Shown here in pieces: positions 57,917 to 64,000 of a DNA stretch of 64,000 nt. Origin of the DNA: Pyrinomonadaceae bacterium. Lineage in GTDB: Bacteria; Acidobacteriota; Blastocatellia; Pyrinomonadales; Pyrinomonadaceae. The notes beneath the pieces are model-generated. The model worked only from the letters and a program-made list of their open reading frames with translations. It ran no database searches and was not told the origin of the DNA. Within the stretch, counting starts at the first letter, position 1. The number at the start of each line of letters is the position of its first letter. Location of the stretch: the NCBI GenBank assembly GCA_035942855.1, contig DASZCS010000012.1:33198-97197 (forward strand), in the 5' to 3' direction. Made by a program: the position numbers and the translations under genes.

Positions 57917-60522
57917 GGCGCGACCTCCGCTTTGTTTCTCGCGCCCGCGGTGGCGGTCGCGGGATGCGTCGGGGGGGTGCGTTTGGGATCGAAAAGTTCG
58001 TTGATGATGCGTCCGGGGTAGGGGCGCGGGCTGCGTTCGTCCAGACGCGCGGGTGAGATGTGCGCGGGACGCGGCAGTTGGTTTGTGAGGGCTAAGATTG
58101 TCGGCACGAAGCTCAAACTATCATACGGCTCGCTGATGACCAATCCGCGAGGAATGCGCGTCGATGCGCCGCCCGCGAGCATGAGGGTCGAATGCGTGGA
58201 GACGCGGAAGAAAGAGCCGTGGTTGCCGCCGGGGTTGAAGCCGCGCACGTCGAAGTTCCAATGACTGTTGGCGAGGACGAGCATGTCCGTTTCGACGAGC
58301 AGGCGTTGGCGACGGCGCAGGCGGCGAATGAGTTGTTCGTCAACGGAGAGGCCGGGCACGTCCGGCTCGATGGCCGGGGTCATGTGCCGTCCGAAATGCT
58401 CTTGCAGACCGATGATGCCGTTCGAGTAGGTCGTCAGGTGCAGCGCGCGCAGCCATTCGAGGTCTGTGTGCCAATCGTTCAACCAGTCTTCGCGCCGCAC
58501 GCCCGCGGGGAGAGAGAGTTTCGGGTCTTCCCACATCTTGAGCGGGAGTTCGGCACGCCACGCGGCGCGTTCGTATTGGATCGTGCCGTCGGGCTGCCCG
58601 CGCAGATTGGCGACGGGAACATAACGCAGGCGCAGTTCGCCGCTGCGTTCGTGTCGCGCGAGCACGAGCGCCTGATTGTCTTCGCCGCGATAGAGCCAGA
58701 CGGCTTCGTCGGCGCGAAACTCTTTGCCGTAAGTATCGGGCAAGGCTTCTGCCGGGACGCGCGCAGCGATGAAATCGACGGGACGACTCTCGACGCCGCT
58801 CTGCACGTTGTTGCGCACGCGCACGTCGCGCAGGAGCGCGAAGTAGTTGACGCGCGCGAAACTTCGCGCCATGTCGAGCGAGCCGTCCGTGCCGAGCGCA
58901 AGACCTGTGGGCGCAAGGCCGACGACGTAGTTCTGCAACTCGCCGACGCTGTTCTGTTCACCCATCGCACCTTTGGCGATGTAGTCAGGGATGTTGATGC
59001 GCGCAGGGTCGAACCGTTCGCGGCGGAGCGAGAGCAGGTTTGCGAGCGTGCGCAGGTATTCGGTGTATTTGCGTTCGTCCGTCTCCCACGAATCGGCGCG
59101 CGCTTTGGCACGAAGCGCCTCTTTGTCGCGCCCCGCATCCGAGTCGGCCTGCGTCCATTTCTTCGGCTGCGCGGCGAAGGCGGCGCGTTCTCGTCCGACG
59201 AGACGACGAAGCGCGCCGAGTTCTTCCACCATGTTCGCATGCAACGTTTGCCAGTCGGCGCGCCTGCGTTCGAGGACGGCGAAGAAGGCGTCTGTGGCAG
59301 CGCGTTTGTGTGCGGGCGAGAGACGCTTACCGCGCAATTCTTCGAGCAGGATGTGCAGGACGTTGAGGTCGCTGTGGCGCAGGTGGATCGAGGCGCGTTC
59401 GTTGCCGTCGAAATCAACGAGCGCCGTGGGGTAGGCCGTGCTCTGACCTTTGAGATAGTAAGAATCCTCGGTCGTCGTGGTGATCAAAGGCACGAGCGGG
59501 TAGACGCTTTTCAGGGCGTAGTCGCTCAGAAGCCTGCGCTTCGTGATGACGTGATGACCGCCGCCCGTGCGGCTCCCCAGCAGTTTGACGAGATTGTAGC
59601 CCTGACTATAGATGCGCTCGTCGGAGTTTGTGCCGTGGTCTGAGACGACGACGAGAGCTGTGTCGGCCGCCTGGGGCGTGGCTTCGATGGTCGTCCAGAT
59701 GCGGCCGATGATGCGGTCTAGTTCCCGCAAGACGACGAGTTGCGTCTCGCGCTCGCGGTTGTGATGCGCGGCGTGGTCAAACTCGGTCGTGTAGAAATCG
59801 AGATAGCGTATGCGCGGGTCTTTCAACTTCTCCAGCACCTCGCGCTCCAACTGATCCATGACGATGTTGCGCCCCTCGAATTCCACCAGCCACTCGTCGA
59901 ACAACTCGCGCGGCGTGCGCTTGAGGAAACGGTTTTTCAAACCGCGTTCGAGCGTCGTCCAACGCGTGCCGCGCTGGTAGAGTTGAAAGCTGATGTGGCG
60001 TTCGTCATAAGGGTAGGAATCGACGAGCAGGGGGATGCCGAGTTCGTCCAACAGTTCTGTGCCGGGCATATCGACGCGCACCTTGCCGGCCGTGCCGAGC
60101 CAGAAGGGGATGAAGTTGAGATAGTCGTAAGAGTGAAGTGTGAGACGGTCAAACTCGACGTTGCCCTTGATCTGCAAGTGCTGTCCCGTGTCGATGAGCG
60201 ACCAGGAGGGGCCGGAGAGGCTGACGCCGCGCGCGTAAAAATTTGCCACGCGCGTGCCGCGCTCGTAGAAGATGTGCTCGAACCAGGGCAGCAGACTTTT
60301 GCCCGTGCGCGGGTCGCGTTCATGCACGAAGCGATCAATCACGTCCTGCGACAGACCATCGATTTTGACGACGACGAGGCGACGCGCCTCTGCAAAAGAA
60401 TTCGACGGCGCGGCCACGAGCAGGCACGCGCACGTGACGAAGGCGAGCGCGTAGCGGCGCGTTATCGCGCGCAAGGATGGTGCGTTCGGTGCAGTCGCTT
60501 TTGCGTGTCGCTCGTTCGCCAT
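57913..60522 (-). CDS. alkaline-phosphatase-superfamily protein (type I phosphodiesterase/nucleotide pyrophosphatase-like), 869 aa
   Basis: Signal/anchor (FVTCACLLVAAPSNSFA). Metal-site motifs: VVVKIDGLSQD, LVVVSDHGTN and NPGGNHGSF. Confidence 0.65.
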   Translation of the reverse strand: MANERHAKATAPNAPSLRAITRRYALAFVTCACLLVAAPSNSFAEARRLVVVKIDGLSQDVIDRFVHERDPRTGKSLLPWFEHIFYERGTRVANFYARGVSLSGPSWSLIDTGQHLQIKGNVEFDRLTLHSYDYLNFIPFWLGTAGKVRVDMPGTELLDELGIPLLVDSYPYDERHISFQLYQRGTRWTTLERGLKNRFLKRTPRELFDEWLVEFEGRNIVMDQLEREVLEKLKDPRIRYLDFYTTEFDHAAHHNRERETQLVVLRELDRIIGRIWTTIEATPQAADTALVVVSDHGTNSDERIYSQGYNLVKLLGSRTGGGHHVITKRRLLSDYALKSVYPLVPLITTTTEDSYYLKGQSTAYPTALVDFDGNERASIHLRHSDLNVLHILLEELRGKRLSPAHKRAATDAFFAVLERRRADWQTLHANMVEELGALRRLVGRERAAFAAQPKKWTQADSDAGRDKEALRAKARADSWETDERKYTEYLRTLANLLSLRRERFDPARINIPDYIAKGAMGEQNSVGELQNYVVGLAPTGLALGTDGSLDMARSFARVNYFALLRDVRVRNNVQSGVESRPVDFIAARVPAEALPDTYGKEFRADEAVWLYRGEDNQALVLARHERSGELRLRYVPVANLRGQPDGTIQYERAAWRAELPLKMWEDPKLSLPAGVRREDWLNDWHTDLEWLRALHLTTYSNGIIGLQEHFGRHMTPAIEPDVPGLSVDEQLIRRLRRRQRLLVETDMLVLANSHWNFDVRGFNPGGNHGSFFRVSTHSTLMLAGGASTRIPRGLVISEPYDSLSFVPTILALTNQLPRPAHISPARLDERSPRPYPGRIINELFDPKRTPPTHPATATAGARNKAEVAP

Positions 60523-60529
60523 CGCGCGC

Positions 60530-62671
60530 TTACTGTCCCTCCGTCGCGGAGATGGTGGCGATGATGCGCGCGTCGCCTTGCGAGATGCGCTGCGATTCGC
60601 GCGCGGCGCGGCGCAGGTATTCGGCGCTCAAAGCGCGCCAGCGTGCATCGGCGGCCGCGTCGCGGTAGATGCGCACGAGCGTCGTCTTGGCCGTCTCGTT
60701 GTTGATGCGATAGAGACTTGAGAGACAGAGGCGCTGCGTCTCTTCGTCCTTCGTGTGGGCGAAGATGCGGCCGACAGCGGCGGCGGTCTTCCCGTCGGCG
60801 CGCGCTCCGTGTTCGTTGACGAAGGCGAGCGAGCGGCGCACGTCTGCGATGTTCCACTGCACTTCGACGGCCGCGCTCGAAGCGGCGACTTCACGCAAAA
60901 ATTGGCGATGATGCGCGAGACGACGCGCGATGTCGAGCGTGGCGAACTGTTCGTTCGTCGCTTTGTCTTCGCGGTGCTTGTAGAGTCCGAAGGTGGCGAC
61001 GCCCGCGACGCGTAACAGAGCTTGTTCCGTGCGCGTGTGAACGAGCGGCACGAGTTCGGCGCGGCGGTCGCGTTCGAGTTGGTCGGGGAGCCCGCCGGCG
61101 GGGCGTCGCGCATGTTCGAGAAGCGCCGCGTATTGCTCGCGCGCGAGACGCGACTCGGCTTCCGTGTCGTTTTCAAGCGGGTTCAAAGACACGCTTTCGA
61201 GTTTGCGCGAGACTTCTTCGCGCAGTTCCGGATCGAGCGAGGCGTCGAGCGCGAGCAGCAGTTTGAGTTGCGAGTAGGCACGCACGCGCGAGGGCTGATT
61301 GATGTCCGCGCCGCGTCGGTCTGCAACGAAATCGTAGACGGCGCGGCCGAGGAAGAAGGGCAGATCGAGATGCGTGAGACTCGCCGTCGTGCGCGCCACG
61401 TCCTGTAAGACGCGACGCGACATCTCGCGCCGCTTCGGATTCGAGTTGTCGCGAAAGTCTACGAGCAGGATCGGAATCTTCGGATGATCGAGTCCGTAGA
61501 GCGCGAGCGGGATGAGTTCCACCGCGCGTGCGCCGGACGTATCGGGCGCGACGCGGCGATTGTCTGCGTCGTAGTATCGCGTCTCGGTGTAGCCGCGCCA
61601 GTTGCGCAGGCGTTTATCGCCGTATGGGTTCGAGAGATTCAAGAACCTGTCGCCGTAGGAACGTTTCGAGTCAACATCTGCGCGTGCGATCCAGACGAGG
61701 GCGTGTGTGGTGTTACGGCCGGGAAGTTCGAGCGGTTCGAAGTAGAGACCTTCCGCTTCGGCGCGCTGGCGCAGGAGTTCCCAGTTGTGGCCGCGCGTGT
61801 CGAGCCATTGCGAGTTCTGCTTGTCGTAGACGCGCCCGAGATAGAGGTCGTCGATGAGGCCGCCGAAAGTTTTCTGCGTGAGCATCAAGCGCGCCTGTAT
61901 CTCTTTCGCCTCCTGCTCGGTGAAGACCGACTCCGCGCCGGACTCCGCTTGATAGAGCGCGAGGACGGCGAGTGCGCGTATGACGTGCGCCTTGCGATAG
62001 TCGTCCGCGTTGCGTCGATAGGCGTGCGTGGTGGTCTTGACGGTCAGGCTGTAAGGATTGAGCACGAGTGTTTGCAGCGCGTTCCAGAAGACGCGATGCC
62101 AGACTTCGCGCTTCGTGCCCGCGAGATCGAGCAGGTGCGGCGGCGCATCGCGCCCCGCGCGTTTTTTGTTGGAGACGCGCGTGTAGAGAAACGGCACGGC
62201 CGAGGCGGCGCGCTGGCCGATGGTCGGGCGCGTGTAGGTGTGCATCCAGACGTAGCGCAGGCGGTCGTTCTCAGGCGTATGGTCGCCGAGCGTGTCGCGC
62301 AGTATGGAGACGAGCGGCACGTCCGGGTTTGCGTCGCGCGCGAGTCCGTCGAGGCTGCCGAAGACGGTCAACAGTTCCGCGCCGTTTGCCACCGCCACGC
62401 GTTCGAGACGAAAGCCGGGCATCGCAGTCTGCTGCGGCGACTGTGAGGCGGTTTGTTGTGTTGGTGCGGCGTCGGCGTGCGGAGCGGCGACGGGCGTATC
62501 TTGCGCGACGGCGACGAAGCCGCGCTGGCAGGGCAGTTGTAGAAGCAGGAGCGCGAAAATGAGACTAACTATCGAGCGCGCTCTCCCGTTCGAGATCACA
62601 TCGTTCATGCGTTCGTGCGACACCTGCCGCGAGTTCACAAAACCGCTCCTGTTGGAGCGCCACGACTGCAC
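60530..62671 (-). CDS. hypothetical exported protein, no recognisable domain
   Basis: Long ORF with consistent coding character in an operon position 7 nt upstream of the next gene. A signal/anchor (IVSLIFALLLLQLPC) follows the alternative Met at 62608. Confidence 0.6.
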   Translation of the reverse strand: MQSWRSNRSGFVNSRQVSHERMNDVISNGRARSIVSLIFALLLLQLPCQRGFVAVAQDTPVAAPHADAAPTQQTASQSPQQTAMPGFRLERVAVANGAELLTVFGSLDGLARDANPDVPLVSILRDTLGDHTPENDRLRYVWMHTYTRPTIGQRAASAVPFLYTRVSNKKRAGRDAPPHLLDLAGTKREVWHRVFWNALQTLVLNPYSLTVKTTTHAYRRNADDYRKAHVIRALAVLALYQAESGAESVFTEQEAKEIQARLMLTQKTFGGLIDDLYLGRVYDKQNSQWLDTRGHNWELLRQRAEAEGLYFEPLELPGRNTTHALVWIARADVDSKRSYGDRFLNLSNPYGDKRLRNWRGYTETRYYDADNRRVAPDTSGARAVELIPLALYGLDHPKIPILLVDFRDNSNPKRREMSRRVLQDVARTTASLTHLDLPFFLGRAVYDFVADRRGADINQPSRVRAYSQLKLLLALDASLDPELREEVSRKLESVSLNPLENDTEAESRLAREQYAALLEHARRPAGGLPDQLERDRRAELVPLVHTRTEQALLRVAGVATFGLYKHREDKATNEQFATLDIARRLAHHRQFLREVAASSAAVEVQWNIADVRRSLAFVNEHGARADGKTAAAVGRIFAHTKDEETQRLCLSSLYRINNETAKTTLVRIYRDAAADARWRALSAEYLRRAARESQRISQGDARIIATISATEGQ

Positions 62672-62750
62672 TTAAACGTCCGGCCAGCGACCGGCGCGCA
62701 GTCTCTCGCTTTCGTCCGTCGAGTCGAAGGCGAGTTTCGCATAATCGAAT

Positions 62751-62766
62751 GGCAACCCGTGTGCCG
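62751..62766 (-). promoter_or_regulatory. sigma-54-like -24/-12 element upstream of the 713-aa gene
   Basis: The minus strand reads CGGCACACGGGTTGCC, i.e. GGCAC-N6-TTGC with correct GG-N10-GC spacing, about 85 nt upstream of the start at 62671. It is less perfect than the 8194 site. Confidence 0.4.
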
Positions 62767-62901
62767 CTTTAGGGAGAGAAACTATTTGCACGCCAACTTT
62801 ATAATTGACGCTGCGGCATCTCCAAATGTTTACAAACAGCTTGACGATTTGCTCTCCGATGCGCCCGGAAGGACGCTCCGTTGCAATCTATTTTTTCAAG
62901 G

Positions 62902-64000
62902 TCAGCGCCCGATAATTTCGTAAACGGCGCTCTGCGTGCGTTCGTCGAGTTGATAAATGCGCACGGAGGGCACGCCCGCGAGCGAGAGTTCGGCGACCGG
63001 TAGACTCTCCGCATTGAGTTTCGAGACGATCTGATCGTTGCTGAAATAACGCCGCCCGCGCGCGTTGATGACGATGTCGCCCACAGTCAGATCGCGCAAG
63101 GCCGCACGGTCTGAAAGCGAGATGGAGATGAGATCGCGTCTGCCCGCGCGTATGGCGTAATGCGTGAAGAGTTCTGGCGTCTCGCTGGCGACGCGCGCGC
63201 CGGGGCGTGCAAGCGCGGCGATATGCTCGGCCGTCTCGCGCATGCTCGCATCGTAAAATTCGTCGTGTGGAAAATAGGTTCCCGCGCGCGCGTGCCCGCC
63301 GCCGAGCGCGTTCGTGTAGAGACGATAATGCGGCGCGGCGTTCACCGATGCCAGCACGGAAGAACTGATGCAGAGCACGGCCACCGCGGCGTGTACAAAG
63401 TTGCGCGGTTCTCTCGCGCTTGTTGTAGCGGCGCGTTGTCGTAACTTTCCGGCGAGCCAAACACCCGCGGCGTTGATGCTGATGGCCGCGACGACGAGCA
63501 CGATGGGCAGCGCGAACGTGAAATAGCGCGTGAACTTGCCGCCGAGCAGAGGGAAGGGGAAGAACCAGAAGAATATCCAGAAGAAGACGAAGTAGCGGCC
63601 GTCTCCGAGTCGCTTGGAGAGCAACATGGGCAGTCCGATGATGAATGCTGCGACCACCGTGAGCGGCAGTTTGAAGGCGATGAAGGCGTAGTAGAAATAC
63701 CAGGGCGAGCCTTTGAGCCAGAGCGTCATCTGGTTGCGATAGAGTTGCCCCATGAACTCGTAGGCGTCGTGGCCGATGCGCCGCTCGCCCGCGAAGACGC
63801 GCATCTCGTGCCAGGTGCCGGGCAAGAGGATCGTCGGGTTGCAGACGAGGAAGGCCGCGCCCATGACGACGAAAAAGAGAATCCACTTGCGCTTGCCGAG
63901 ACGCCAGCGCGTCTCAGGGATGCCTTGAAAGATGTAATAGTAGGCCGCGCTGATAGCGATCAGGTGCGGCATGTATTTCGAGGCCATCATCGCGCCGAAA
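62902..64000 (-). CDS. GT39/ArnT-like membrane glycosyltransferase, 5' end outside the window
   Basis: The frame stays open to the window edge. It is polytopic, with aromatic-rich TM segments (WYFYYAFIAFKLPL, FVFFWIFFWFFPFPLLGGKFTRY) typical of PMT_2/ArnT-type enzymes, plus a soluble C-terminal ~150 aa. Confidence 0.45.
   Translation of the reverse strand, partial: FGAMMASKYMPHLIAISAAYYYIFQGIPETRWRLGKRKWILFFVVMGAAFLVCNPTILLPGTWHEMRVFAGERRIGHDAYEFMGQLYRNQMTLWLKGSPWYFYYAFIAFKLPLTVVAAFIIGLPMLLSKRLGDGRYFVFFWIFFWFFPFPLLGGKFTRYFTFALPIVLVVAAISINAAGVWLAGKLRQRAATTSAREPRNFVHAAVAVLCISSSVLASVNAAPHYRLYTNALGGGHARAGTYFPHDEFYDASMRETAEHIAALARPGARVASETPELFTHYAIRAGRRDLISISLSDRAALRDLTVGDIVINARGRRYFSNDQIVSKLNAESLPVAELSLAGVPSVRIYQLDERTQSAVYEIIGR

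Overview
High-GC (about 60-65% by eye) bacterial chromosomal window, densely coding. I see about 42 protein genes and no rRNA, tRNA, CRISPR array or transposase. The gene content (an RpoN-dependent enhancer-binding protein, TPR-rich regulators, a TolB-like propeller, DUF4214, a CHASE2 cyclase) suggests an Acidobacteriota-like host, but that is inference only. Layout: (1) 0-11.6 kb is an accessory block of secreted and regulatory proteins: an edge-truncated two-domain multicopper oxidase, a TPR-HTH-REC regulator, a small secreted repeat peptide, a TolB-like propeller, a DUF4214 protein, an S8 protease with a consensus sigma-54 promoter and a GVIISD hexapeptide-repeat tail, and a GNAT. (2) 11.8-17.4 kb holds a TPR/sigma-54 activator followed by a microviridin-type graspetide RiPP cluster: a 66-aa precursor with a PFFARFL leader and a TLKYPSDRDE core, plus two ATP-grasp macrocyclases. 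This is the most interesting system in the window. (3) 21-38 kb is a pentose-phosphate supra-operon: fbp(class III)-tkt-tal/pgi-gnd-zwf-opcA-glk-pgl-rpiB-GH63. (4) 41.6-47.8 kb is Rrf2-sufBCDSU. (5) 47.9-54.5 kb holds an N-succinylamino-acid-racemase/M20/GNAT triad plus GGT and a Xaa-Pro aminopeptidase. (6) 54.5-64 kb is a minus-strand envelope locus: a GT39-like gene, an orphan 713-aa protein, an AlkP-superfamily protein and a flippase-like/FtsX fusion. Superimposed on all this are about 15 long intergenic palindromes or tandem arrays built from short repeat units (three 7-nt families, plus CACGAA and CGCAAAGG families) that fill the intercistronic spacers. All calls come from motif recognition by eye on the supplied ORF track and sequence. 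No database search, HMM or folding computation was run.
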